Below are positions 29,462-38,840 of a DNA stretch of 64,000 nt, piece by piece. This stretch comes from an uncultured Actinomycetes bacterium (GTDB taxonomy: Bacteria > Actinomycetota > UBA4738 > HRBIN12), in assembly GCA_963816425.1 (NCBI GenBank), contig CAWFKP010000006.1, positions 190,490 to 254,489 on the forward strand, in the 5' to 3' direction. The translations under genes were made by a program, and so were the position numbers. How positions within the stretch are numbered: the first letter of the stretch is position 1; every line of letters starts with the position of its first letter. A model generated the notes under the pieces. It saw only the letters and a program-made list of their open reading frames with translations, had not been told where the DNA came from and did not search any database.

Positions 29462-30502
29462 ATGACGATCGAGTGGGACGCGAACGCGCGCCACGTGGAC
29501 TCGATGCTGGATGCGGTCGGGAAGACGCCGCTCGTACGTCTCCGCCGGGTCGCGCCCGATATCGAGCTGTTCGCCAAGGTCGAGTGGTACGGGCCGACCG
29601 GCTCGGTCAAGGACAGGATCTACGCGCACATGCTGGCCAAGGCCGAGGCCGAGGGCCGCCTGCGTCCCGGGATGACGATCATCGAGTGCACGACCGGCAA
29701 CGCGGGTATCGCGTGCGCGGCCGTCGCCGCGATCAAGGGGTACGCGTGCACGATCGTGATGCCCAAGGGAATGAGCCCCGAGCGCAAGCGCATGATCGAG
29801 GCCTATGGCGCGCGGCTCGTGCTGACGCCCGGCGCCGGCACCGACATCGACCTGGCGCTGTCGGAGATGCGCCGGATCGTCGCCGAGGATCCTGGCGCCT
29901 ACTTCTTCCCGGGCGAGTTCGAGAACGCGGACAACCCCGAGGCGCAGGAGGCGAGCGGCCGCGAGATCTGGGAACAGCTCGACGGCCGGGTCGACGCGGT
30001 CGTGGCCGCGCAGGGCACCGGCGGCTGGATCACCGGCGTCACACATGTGCTCAAGGCGAACGCGCCCGACGTCGTCGCGTACGCGGTCGAGCCGGCCGAG
30101 TGTCCGCTGATCAGCGAGCAGCGCTGGGGCACCCACGGCGTGCCGGGGATCGGCGACGGCATCATCCCGCGGAACCTCGACCTGGGCGCGATGGACGGGA
30201 TCGTGACGGTCAGCACCGCCGAGGCGCTGGAGATGGCGCGGCGGATGGCGCGCGAGGAGGGCCTGCTCTGCGGTCCATCGTCCGGGATGAACGTGGTGGC
30301 CGTCGCGAAGGTCGCCGCGAAGCACCCGGAGTTGCGTCGCTTCGTCACCGTGGTGCCCGATACCGGGCAGCGGTACCTCAGCGGCGAGCTGTTCGGCGAA
30401 CGCAGCGACGCGGAGGAGGAACCCGACCGCGATCACACGCCCGACGCCGACATCCTGACCCAGGTGGCGGCGCACCGGGACCGCCTAGAGTTCATCGCAT
30501 GA
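29462..30502 (+). CDS. PLP-dependent cysteine synthase/CysK-CBS family enzyme
   Basis: ATG at 29462 within ORF 29396..30502. GPTGSVKDR (PLP lysine), TTGNAGIA and GTGGWITG are present. Acidic C-terminal extension. Confidence 0.8.
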   Translation: MTIEWDANARHVDSMLDAVGKTPLVRLRRVAPDIELFAKVEWYGPTGSVKDRIYAHMLAKAEAEGRLRPGMTIIECTTGNAGIACAAVAAIKGYACTIVMPKGMSPERKRMIEAYGARLVLTPGAGTDIDLALSEMRRIVAEDPGAYFFPGEFENADNPEAQEASGREIWEQLDGRVDAVVAAQGTGGWITGVTHVLKANAPDVVAYAVEPAECPLISEQRWGTHGVPGIGDGIIPRNLDLGAMDGIVTVSTAEALEMARRMAREEGLLCGPSSGMNVVAVAKVAAKHPELRRFVTVVPDTGQRYLSGELFGERSDAEEEPDRDHTPDADILTQVAAHRDRLEFIA

Positions 30503-31917
30503 CGGAGCCCTGGGAACTGACGGCGACCGAGGCGCTGGCGCGGATGCGCGCCAAGGAGCTCTCACCAGTGGAACTGCTCGCATCGGTCCGGGCGCGTGCC
30601 GCGGCGGTCGAGCCGACCGTGAACGCGCTGACCGAGCAGCTCGGCGACCCGGCGGACGAGGCGGCGCGCGAGTCCGAGGCTCGGTATCAGCGCGGCGAGG
30701 CGATCCGTCCGCTCGAGGGACTGCCGGTGGCCCTCAAGGAAGAGATGCCCGTCGAGGGGTGGCGCATGCGGTACGGCTCGCTGGCCCTCGACGAGATCGC
30801 CGAGCATACGGCGCCGGTGCCCGAGCGCATCTTCGCCGCCGGCGCCGTCGTGCACGCGCGGACGGCCACGCCCGAGTTCAGCTGTGCCGGCTACACCCAC
30901 TCCACGCTGTGGGGCATCACGAGGAACCCGTGGAACCCCGAGGTCGCGGTCGGCGGCTCCAGCGGCGGCTCGGGTGCGTCGCTCGCGAGCGGCACGTCGA
31001 CGCTCGCGAGCGGGTCGGACATCGGCGGGTCGATCCGGATCCCGGCATCGATCAACGGAGTTGTCGGCTACAAGGCGCCGCACGGGCGGGTGCCGACCTA
31101 CCCGCCGTTCAACCTCGACCGTTACTGCCACGACGGCGCGATGGGGCGCACGATCGCGGACACGGCGCTGTTCCACAACGCGCTGGCCGGCCCGCACCCG
31201 CTCGACATGACGTCGCTGCGACCGAAGGTGGAGATCCCCCCGGCGCTCGAGGGGATCGAGGGCATGCGGATCGCGCTGTCGGTCGACCTCGGCTCGTGGG
31301 ACATCGACGACGAGGTGGCCGCCAACACGCGGGCCGCAGCCCAGGCGCTCGAGGCGGCCGGCGCGATCGTCGAGGAGGTCAAGCTGCCGTGGTCGCTCGA
31401 GCGGATCATGAGCGCGGCGCGGCGGCACTTCGCCGGGATCTTCGGGGCCTACATCGCCGAGGTCTGCGACGACTCGCCCGACCTGGTGACCGACTATGCG
31501 ATGGCCTGGGCCGACGACGTCCGATCGCTGATCGGCGAGCCCGGCGCGTACCTCCACGGGCTCGACATGGAGGGGGAGCTGTGGCTACCTCTCGGCGAGC
31601 TGTTCGAGACGTACGACGCGCTGATCTGCCCGACGTGGGCGGTCACTGGTATCCCGGCCGGCGACAGCCTCATCGGGCAGGTCTTCGAGGACGGCGGCCC
31701 GAACGACCGGCAGTTCACGTGCTTCATGACGACGCCCTTCAACCTTTTCTCGGCGTGCCCGGTGCTGGCGGTGCCGAGCGGCGTCGCGCCGTCCAACGGC
31801 GTGCCGACGGGCATCCAGATCGTCGGCCGCACCTACGACGACGTGACCGCGTTCCGGGTCGGCGCCGCCCTCGAGCGCGTGCGACCCTGGACGGGATTGG
31901 CGCCGACGCCCGCGTGA
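30499..31917 (+). CDS. Amidase (amidase-signature family)
   Basis: 472 aa from the ATG at 30499 (ATGA overlap). The signature is GGSSGGSGASLASG...GSDIGGSIRIPAS. Confidence 0.85.
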   Translation: MTEPWELTATEALARMRAKELSPVELLASVRARAAAVEPTVNALTEQLGDPADEAARESEARYQRGEAIRPLEGLPVALKEEMPVEGWRMRYGSLALDEIAEHTAPVPERIFAAGAVVHARTATPEFSCAGYTHSTLWGITRNPWNPEVAVGGSSGGSGASLASGTSTLASGSDIGGSIRIPASINGVVGYKAPHGRVPTYPPFNLDRYCHDGAMGRTIADTALFHNALAGPHPLDMTSLRPKVEIPPALEGIEGMRIALSVDLGSWDIDDEVAANTRAAAQALEAAGAIVEEVKLPWSLERIMSAARRHFAGIFGAYIAEVCDDSPDLVTDYAMAWADDVRSLIGEPGAYLHGLDMEGELWLPLGELFETYDALICPTWAVTGIPAGDSLIGQVFEDGGPNDRQFTCFMTTPFNLFSACPVLAVPSGVAPSNGVPTGIQIVGRTYDDVTAFRVGAALERVRPWTGLAPTPA

Positions 31918-33010
31918 CGCTGCGGGACCGCCTCCAGGCGCTGGTCGACGCCGACGTCGTCGCGTGGCCGACGATGCCGGCGCGACTGCTGTGCGTGCTG
32001 ACGCCCGACGTCGAGGTCGAGGTCGCGGCGGGCGTCGCCGATCTCGAGACCGGCGAGCCGCTCGGGCCGGGGGCTCGGTTCCGGATCGCCAGCGTGACGA
32101 AGCCGTTCGTGGCCGCGGCCACCCTGCGACTTGTGGAAGACGGCCGGCTTTCGCTCCAAGACACGGTGGCCGCGTTGCTGGCTGGTCCCTACGACGAGCT
32201 GCTTCGCGAGGGCGGCTACGACACGGGCGCGATCACGCTGTCGGCACCTGATGACGCACACGAGCGGCATCTACGACTTCGCGGCCGACGCCTACGACCC
32301 GTCGATCCCCGGCGGCTTCACGGCGGAGGTGGCCACGGACCCCGCACGCCGATGGACGCGGTTCGAACAGATCGAGTTCGCTGTGGCGCACGGCAAGCCC
32401 TACGGCGACCCCGGCACGGTGTTCGGCTACTCGGACACCGGCGCATGTCTGGTCGGCGAGATCGTCGAGCGCGCGACGGGTATGACGATGGGCGCGGCGA
32501 TCCGCGACCTCGTTGACTACGAGCGGCTCGGCTTGACGCACACCTGGCAGGAGACGATCGAGCCCGAGCCCGCCGATCCGCCGCAGTTGTCCCACCAATA
32601 CGAGGGGCCGCTGGACGTCGCCGACATGGATGCCTCCGTCGACCTGTACGGAGGCGGCGGGCTGATGTCGACATGTGGCGACCTCGCCGGGTTCTTTCGC
32701 GGACTACTCCAGGGCGAGGTGTTCACCCGTCGGGAGACACTGGCGACCATGACCGACGACGCTCCAAGGGATCCCGCGAGCCGAGGGGACGCCGCTCGAG
32801 GACGACCCGGCGAAGGCCGCGATGTATCTGTTCCGCGGTCACATCGGTGGCGAGACCTGGTGGGGCCACGGCGGCTACTGGGGAACGACGGTGTTCACGT
32901 GCCCGACTCGCGACGTCACGATCGTGGCCGGCCACCAGCGCTCAGATATGCCCGAGGAGTTCGACCGCAAGAAGATCGTGGCGGACGCGTTCGCCGCGCT
33001 CGACGGCTGA
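31914..33010 (+). CDS. Serine hydrolase (beta-lactamase/DD-peptidase family), two apparent 1-nt frameshifts (about 32243 and 32760)
   Basis: GTG at 31914 (GTGA overlap). Frame 1 carries FRIASVTKPF (SxxK) up to ...GAITL. Frame 2 (ORF 32131..) gives RHLMTHTSGIYDF...GYSDTG...GGGGLMST.... Frame 3 (ORF 32822..33010) gives MYLFRGHIGGETWWGHGGYWGTTVF.... Confidence 0.7.
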
Positions 33011-33044
33011 CGGTCGGAGCCGGGCCCGGCGTATCCTCCGGCCC

Positions 33045-34223
33045 ATGACCACCTACCCGCTGTCAGCCGAAGACCGTGAGATCCAGGATCGCGCCCGCCG
33101 CTTCGTCGACGACGAGCTGATCCCGTGGGAACAGCACGCCGAGGAGCACGCCGGCCAGATCCCTCCCGAGGACAAGCGGCGCCACCAGGAGCTCGCGATG
33201 GAGCTCGGCTTCTCCGGGATGAACCTGCCGAAGGATCTCGGCGGCGGTGGGTACACGATGCTGCAGCAGGTCCTGGTGTCCGAGCAGATCGGGCGCGTGA
33301 CGAATGCGCTCGGGTGGTGCGTGCACACGCCGGCCGCCTGGGCGCCCGACGTGATGACGCCCGAGCAGATCGAGACGTACCTGAAGCCGGCGATCCGCGG
33401 TGAGCGACACGAGTGCTACGCGATCACGGAAGCCGGCGCCGGCTCCGACGTCGACGCGATCGAGGCGACGGCGCGGCGCGACGGCGACGAGTACGTGCTG
33501 GCCGGCGAGAAGATGCACGTGACCTCGTACAACTCGGCCGACCACCTGTTCTTCCAGGCGAAGCTGGTCGGCGGGGAGCACGAGGGCGAGCACGCGATGT
33601 TCGTGGTCGACAAGGACACGCCGGGCGTGCGGCTCGTGGCCGAACCGCGGTACACGCACACTTATCCCGACACGCACGCGATCGTGGCGTTCGACGATGT
33701 GCGGGTGCCGGCGTCGCAGTTGATCGGGGCGGAGGGCGACGGCATGTCGTTCACGTACGCATGGTTCCGCTACGAGCGGTTGATGATCGCGGCGCGCTGC
33801 TGCGGCGCGGCGGAGCGTCTGATCGACGAGGCCACCGCGTTCGCGCAGCAGCGTGTGCAGTTCGGCGCGCCGATCATCGAGAACCAGGCGATCGGTCACA
33901 TGCTCGCGGACTCGCTGACGGAGCTGTGGGCCGCGCGGCTGATGACGTATCGGCTGGCCGAGAACATCGACGCCGACGTCGACGTCAAGATCCAGCACGC
34001 GCAGTGCTCGATGACGAAGCTGTACGCGAGCGAGATGGCGGGGCGCGTTGCCGACCGGGCGGTGCAGATCTTCGGCGGCCGCGGGTACATGCGCGAGAAC
34101 GTCGCCGAGCGCTTCTGGCGCGAGGTGCGCGTCGACCGTATCTGGGAAGGGACGAGCGAGATCCAGCGGAACATCGTCGCGGACCAGCTGGGCAAGCGGG
34201 GCGCCCGCGCGCTCGTCGGTTGA
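33045..34223 (+). CDS. Acyl-CoA dehydrogenase family protein
   Basis: ATG at 33045 within ORF 32673..34223. AITEAGAGSDV, ...QIFGGRGY... and WEGTSEIQRNI are ACAD hallmarks. Confidence 0.85.
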   Translation: MTTYPLSAEDREIQDRARRFVDDELIPWEQHAEEHAGQIPPEDKRRHQELAMELGFSGMNLPKDLGGGGYTMLQQVLVSEQIGRVTNALGWCVHTPAAWAPDVMTPEQIETYLKPAIRGERHECYAITEAGAGSDVDAIEATARRDGDEYVLAGEKMHVTSYNSADHLFFQAKLVGGEHEGEHAMFVVDKDTPGVRLVAEPRYTHTYPDTHAIVAFDDVRVPASQLIGAEGDGMSFTYAWFRYERLMIAARCCGAAERLIDEATAFAQQRVQFGAPIIENQAIGHMLADSLTELWAARLMTYRLAENIDADVDVKIQHAQCSMTKLYASEMAGRVADRAVQIFGGRGYMRENVAERFWREVRVDRIWEGTSEIQRNIVADQLGKRGARALVG

Positions 34224-34246
34224 GCGGGCGAGAGGGGAGACCGCGG

Positions 34247-34816
34247 ATGGGTGGCCGGATCGTCGAGGGCTTGGTCGCGAGGGTGGAGTTCATCCACGGT
34301 GCGTTCCTCGAGAGCGTCGAGGACCTCGACGAGGGATCGTTCCTCACGAGGCCGGGGATCAAGGCGCCGGCGGTCGCGTTCCACCTCTGGCACACGGCGC
34401 GATGGGCCGACGCCTTCCAAGCGCGATTGGGGTCGTTCGCGCCGGAGCTGGCACGGTTCGCCGATCGGAAGCAGATCTGGGAAGCGCGTGATCTCGCAAG
34501 CGCATGGGGTCTCGGCGGCATGCTCGGCAAAGAGGCCACGGGCATGGGACTGGACGACGACGCCTCCTCGGCGCTGCCGCTTCCTGGGAAAGGCGAGGTG
34601 GTGTCGTACGCCGGCGAGGCGTTCGCCGCGGCCGAGGACGTCTTCCGCGGTATCGACGACGACGAGTTGCTCCTGACGAGCGCCGACTTCTATGACGAGG
34701 GCGGGTGGATCGTGCTCGATCACTTCGGCTGGCATCTCACGCACGCATCTCGGCATCTCGGGATGATCGAGGCGCTGAAGGGAATCCTCGGCGTCGAGGG
34801 CACGGCGACGGTCTAG
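34247..34816 (+). CDS. DinB-family (DinB_2-like) four-helix-bundle protein
   Basis: 189 aa from the ATG at 34247 within ORF 33413..34816. His residues are spaced as in DinB (FHLWHTARW ... HLTHASRHLG). Confidence 0.6.
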   Translation: MGGRIVEGLVARVEFIHGAFLESVEDLDEGSFLTRPGIKAPAVAFHLWHTARWADAFQARLGSFAPELARFADRKQIWEARDLASAWGLGGMLGKEATGMGLDDDASSALPLPGKGEVVSYAGEAFAAAEDVFRGIDDDELLLTSADFYDEGGWIVLDHFGWHLTHASRHLGMIEALKGILGVEGTATV

Positions 34817-34832
34817 GCGCGGTTCTGGTCGG

Positions 34833-35030
34833 TCAGCCGAGTCCGACGCTGACGAGCCAGCCGAGCGGCTCGTCGTCTTCGTCGAGCGGAACCGCGCCGA
34901 CGACGAAGACCTCGTCAGGCTCGACGTCGAACTGACGTGCGGCCAGCGTGAGCGCCTCCGCTCGGGCGGCCGTCAGGTCGGATCGCGGAGGATGCGGTAT
35001 TCGTGTCCCACGGCTGTCACGGTAGGCCAC
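34833..35030 (-). CDS. Small hypothetical protein (start uncertain)
   Basis: The 3' part of ORF 34833..35132 has good third-position G+C bias (…DLTAARAEALTLAARQFDVEPDEVFVVGAVPLDEDDEPLGWLVSVGLG). Candidate GTG at 35030. Confidence 0.35.
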   Translation of the reverse strand: MAYRDSRGTRIPHPPRSDLTAARAEALTLAARQFDVEPDEVFVVGAVPLDEDDEPLGWLVSVGLG

Positions 35031-35109
35031 GTCGATGGCCCTCCGGTGTCCGCCGAATGAACGATTCGGGGCGACTACCGGGGCTACAAGTTGCGTCGTC
35101 GATGGCGGA

Positions 35110-35292
35110 TCAACGAGCGCTCGGTGCTCCACGGTGTCGCGACGGAGGCGCAGGATCCTGATCGGGGTAGGGTCGCGGCCCGCCCGAGTAGTCGCCCTGC
35201 AGTCTGAAGATCCGGTCCATGTGTCTGGAGCCTCTCCATGCGGCGACGGCTCCGACGAAGAACAAGGCGATCACCTCGACCATGGCGCCCAT
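35110..35292 (-). CDS. Small predicted membrane protein
   Basis: 60-aa ORF MGAMVEVIALFFVGAVAAWRGSRHMDRIFRLQGDYSGG... with one hydrophobic helix and coding-like codon bias. It lies directly downstream (minus strand) of the hairpin-rich segment. Confidence 0.35.
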   Translation of the reverse strand: MGAMVEVIALFFVGAVAAWRGSRHMDRIFRLQGDYSGGPRPYPDQDPAPPSRHRGAPSAR

Positions 35293-35295
35293 CCA

Positions 35296-35593
35296 TGAAG
35301 TATGCCCCTCGGTTGCGGATCAGTCAGTGGGTACGCCGGGAGAGAAGTTCGTCTCGGTCGCGTGTACGACTTCGCTTCTCGAGGTCACGGGCGGAGGATA
35401 CTCATGGCTTGTTCGCCCGGACGCCGCCGGGCGGAGGCGCTGACCAGGAAAACGGAAGGCTCCGGCGTGGGTGCGCCAGAGCCCTCCGGATCGTTCGCGT
35501 GGGAAGGATTTGAACGATCCCGCGGAGTGTCACACCACTCGGATTCCTGTGCAATCCGGACGTGGCGGCACGGCAGATGCACCAGAAGACGCC
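35296..35593. other. Hairpin-rich non-coding segment (candidate structured RNA; strand unresolved)
   Basis: Perfect stems seen by eye: 35342-35347/35375-35380 (gagaag/cttctc), 35414-35420/35427-35433, 35458-35462/35479-35483 with an inner 4-bp stem, 35488-35496/35512-35520 (ggatcgttc/gaacgatcc, 9 bp), 35525-35529/35536-35540, and 35540-35545/35553-35558 (cggatt/aatccg). No credible ORF. Confidence 0.3.
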
Positions 35594-35930
35594 TCAGGCG
35601 ACGACGGCGGAGACGGCCTCTTCGATCTTCTGCTTCGCGACCTCGGAGAACGGGCGGGCCTCGTCCGGATCGAACGACTCGACCGCCCCGAACGAGACCG
35701 ACATTGCCCTCTTGGAGCAGGTCGAGGAGGGGGACACCTCGCCCTTCGTACCGGCGGGCGATCGGAGCGACCAGCCGTAGGCTCGCCTCGATCAGTTTCT
35801 TCCTCGCGTCGCCATCGCCCGCTCGGCTCGCGATCGCGAGCGCCTTCTCATCCTCGGGACCCAGCGGAGGAACCGCCTCGGTCGCCATGAGGTATTCGCG
35901 AAGAGGATCCGAGCTGTCGTCGATCGGCAC
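35594..35930 (-). pseudogene. Sigma-70 family fragment retaining only regions 1.2-2.2 (1-nt frameshift at the C-run 35686-35689; ends about 30 aa later)
   Basis: ORF 35385..35930 starts (GTG) [80 protein letters not shown], which matches primary-sigma regions 1.2-2.2. After removing one G (cgg-g-gcg), the next frame reads [30 protein letters not shown]-stop at 35594. No regions 2.3-4 appear in any frame downstream. Confidence 0.55.
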
Positions 35931-35944
35931 GTGAGACCCCCGGC

Positions 35945-37056
35945 TTAGCCGACGTGCAGGATCGAGGTGTCGTCGAGCGGCCAGGTCAGGGTGACCTCGT
36001 CGCCTGGTCGATCGCGTCGCTGGCGTTGCTCGACAGCTGGTGCACGATGAACCGCCGCTCGGCGCTCGTGTCCACGTGGAACTGCATCAAGGTCCCGAGA
36101 TAGACGATCTGCGCGACCGTGCCCGTCAGTCGTGATCCGCCGTCGGCAACATCGACCTGGCCCTTGGCGATATCGATCCGCTCGGGACGCACCGCCGCCA
36201 GCACGTTCGACCCCGCCGCGAGCTCGAGACCCTCGGCCGGCGCGATCACCCGGTCGCGCTCGTTCACCTTCATGACCGCGTGGCCGTCCTCGACCGAGCT
36301 CACCGTGAGCTCCGCGGCGTTCAACACCCCCACGAAGTCGGCCACGAACGGGGTCGCCGGACGCTCGTATACGTCGCGGGGCGAGCCGAGGTGCTCGATC
36401 ACGCCGGCGTTCATCACCGCGATCCGATCCGACATCGACAGGGCTTCCTCTTGGTCGTGCGTGACGTAGACGAACGTCGTCTTCAGCTCGTTCTGGATCC
36501 GCTTCAGCTCCAGCTGCATCTGCTTGCGGAGCTTGACGTCGAGCGCCCCCAGCGGCTCGTCCAGCAGCAGGGCCGCCGGCTCGTTGACCAGCGCGCGAGC
36601 GAGCGCGACGCGCTGCTGCTGCCCGCCCGACAGCTGCCCGGGCTTCCGGTGCTCGTATCCCTCGAGCCGCACGATCGTGAGCATCTCCACGACCTTGCTC
36701 GCCCGCTCGTCCTTCGGCACTTTCTTGAGCTTCAGGCCGTATTCGATGTTCTGCTGGACGTCCATGTGCGGGAACAGCGCGTAGTTCTGGAAGCACATGT
36801 TCACGTGACGCTTGTTCGGCGGGACGCCCACGACGTCCTCACCGCGCAGCAGGATGTCGCCCGCATCGGGCTCCTCGAACCCGGCTACCATCCGCATCGT
36901 GGTGGTCTTGCCGCAGCCCGACGGACCGAGCAACGTCAGGAACTCGCCCTCGCGGATGTCGATCGAGACGTCGCTGACCGCCGTCACGTCCCCGAAGCGC
37001 TTCGTGACGCCGCGGATGCTGATCGCTGGGGTGGTGTCGCTCATCGGTGTGGTCAT
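35945..37056 (-). CDS. ABC transporter ATP-binding protein, PotA (polyamine-importer) type, apparent 1-nt deletion near 36003
   Basis: C-terminal part of ORF 35986..37929 from [46 protein letters not shown] and [11 protein letters not shown] are present. The tail ...AIDQ is followed in the other frame (ORF 35945..36796) by [19 protein letters not shown]. The junction caggc is most simply repaired to cagggc. Confidence 0.8.
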
Positions 37057-37910
37057 CCTTTCCCGGCACGGAGAGAGCCATATTCGTCGGCGGCCATCCC
37101 GGTCTGCGCCTCCAGGTGACGCTCGGACACGAACCGCCCGACCTCGGAGGCAACGACGACGATCACGGACACGACGAGGATCACGACGGCCACCGCGATC
37201 ACCGACGGCAACCGCTCGGGCAGCCGCAGCTGCGAGTACAGGTACACGGGGAACGTTGCCTGGTCGCCCGCGATGAACGAGGAGATCACCAGTTCGTCGA
37301 ACGAGATCGTGAACGAGATCAGGAATGCGGAGATCAGCGCGGGCACAAGCAGCGGGAACGTGATCCGCCGGAACGTCGTCATCGCCGACGCGCCGAGGTC
37401 GCGCGACGCCTCTTCGAGCGCCGCGGGGATCCGTTCCAGACGCGGCACCATCGTCAGGATCGCGAACGGCAGAGCGATCACCACATGGCCGATCGCGGCG
37501 GTGTACGGGGACAGCGGCACTCCGGCCGCGTTGAACAGGATCAGCAGCGAGATGCCCAGCACCACGAGCGGGATCACCAGGGGAGCGAGCATCAGCCCCG
37601 ACACGAGGCCCTTCGCGAAGAACTTCCGCCTCACGAGAGCGATCGCCGCCGGCACCGCGAGCGCCGTCGCGAAGATCGCGGTCAAGGTCGCGACCAGCAG
37701 GCTCGTGCGCAGCGCCGCGAGGATCGCCGGATTCGCCAGGAAGTCGTGATACCAGCGCGTCGTGAACCCAACCCACGGGAACGACACGATCTCGCTGTCG
37801 TTGAACGAGAAGATGATCAACACCACGATCGGCGCATACAGGAACAGCACCAGGAACCAGAACGCGACCCACAGCGTCCGGCGTCCGTTCTTCGAGATCG
37901 CCGGGTTCAT
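37053..37910 (-). CDS. ABC transporter permease (PotC-like)
   Basis: 285-aa multi-TM ORF with EAA-type loop ALEEASRDLGASAMTTFRRITFPLL. ATGA overlaps on both sides. Confidence 0.85.
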   Translation of the reverse strand: MNPAISKNGRRTLWVAFWFLVLFLYAPIVVLIIFSFNDSEIVSFPWVGFTTRWYHDFLANPAILAALRTSLLVATLTAIFATALAVPAAIALVRRKFFAKGLVSGLMLAPLVIPLVVLGISLLILFNAAGVPLSPYTAAIGHVVIALPFAILTMVPRLERIPAALEEASRDLGASAMTTFRRITFPLLVPALISAFLISFTISFDELVISSFIAGDQATFPVYLYSQLRLPERLPSVIAVAVVILVVSVIVVVASEVGRFVSERHLEAQTGMAADEYGSLRAGKG

Positions 37911-38836
37911 TCCGCGACCGTCCGCACATTGAGGTAGCGGCCGAAGATCGCGAGCAGGATCGCGACCGCGACCAGCAGGAACACCGACATCGCCGAGCCG
38001 AGCTGCCAGTCGAAGCTCGCCGCGAACGAGCTCTGGATCACGTTGCCGAACAGGTAGCCGCCCTTGCCGCCGACGATCTGCGGCGTGACGTACTCACCGA
38101 TCGTGGGGATGAACACGAACACGAACGCCGCGATCACGCCCGGCGTCGACATCGGCAGCGTCACCTTGCGGAACGTCGTCCACCGGCTCGCGCCGAGGTC
38201 GCTCGAGGCCTCGAGCATCTGGAGATCGAGGCTCTCCAAGGACACGAAGATGGGCAGCGCGACGAACGGCACCCAGGCGTAGGCCAGCACGAGGTAGACC
38301 GCGAAGGTGGAGTTGTAGAGCCAGGAGATCGTCGACTCCGGTTGCATGACGCCGGCCCCGCGGAGCAACTCCTGGATCACCCCCTGCGGGTTCAGGAGCA
38401 CGCGCCAGGCCAACACGCGCAGCAGGTAGGACGTGAGGAACGGCGTGATGATCACCAGGAGCAGCGTGTACTTCCGGCGACCCGCCACGAGCGCGAGCAT
38501 GTAGGCGACGGGGTACGCGAGGATCACGCACGTGATCGAGACGCCCAACGACATCTTCATCGACTTCCAGAACAGCCCGCGGCCCAGCGGCCCGCCCAGA
38601 TAGGTGGAGCTGTGCAAGAAGTCGCGCCACGCCTGCAACGACAGGTACTGGTCGTAACTGATCAGCGTCAGCACGCCGACGCTGTAGAGCCCGACCAGCA
38701 CGACCGGGATGAGGAAGAACAGCACGATCCAGAGCATGGGGACCGAGATCAGTCCAAGACTGACCTTGGCCGTCCCGCGTCGACGGCGCCGCTGCTTGGG
38801 CGGTGTCGTGAGCTCTAGCGGCTGCTCGATCGACAT
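37907..38836 (-). CDS. ABC transporter permease (PotB-like)
   Basis: 309-aa multi-TM ORF with MLEASSDLGASRWTTFRKVTLP. Confidence 0.85.
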   Translation of the reverse strand: MSIEQPLELTTPPKQRRRRRGTAKVSLGLISVPMLWIVLFFLIPVVLVGLYSVGVLTLISYDQYLSLQAWRDFLHSSTYLGGPLGRGLFWKSMKMSLGVSITCVILAYPVAYMLALVAGRRKYTLLLVIITPFLTSYLLRVLAWRVLLNPQGVIQELLRGAGVMQPESTISWLYNSTFAVYLVLAYAWVPFVALPIFVSLESLDLQMLEASSDLGASRWTTFRKVTLPMSTPGVIAAFVFVFIPTIGEYVTPQIVGGKGGYLFGNVIQSSFAASFDWQLGSAMSVFLLVAVAILLAIFGRYLNVRTVAE

Positions 38837-38840
38837 CCGC

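Noticed and set aside
35436-35485. SRP-RNA-like words (accagg ... cggaagg) and several riboswitch-like fragments.
   Set aside because: The conserved domain-IV core (GGUCAGGUCCGGAAGGAAGCAGCC-type helix closed on a GGAA tetraloop) cannot be formed. I also could not fit the B12-box, ZTP, c-di-GMP or TPP consensus cores.
35497-35560. tRNA-like string: gggaaggatttgaacgatcc on the + strand resembles the reverse complement of a T-arm/acceptor end. The adjacent cggatt-N7-aatccg resembles an anticodon arm. Could have marked a tRNA gene or an att-site remnant.
   Set aside because: There is no complementary 5' acceptor strand within 90 nt. The 7-nt loop lacks U33. The T-loop register does not give a TTCRANY loop with a 5-bp stem. 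There is no D-arm.
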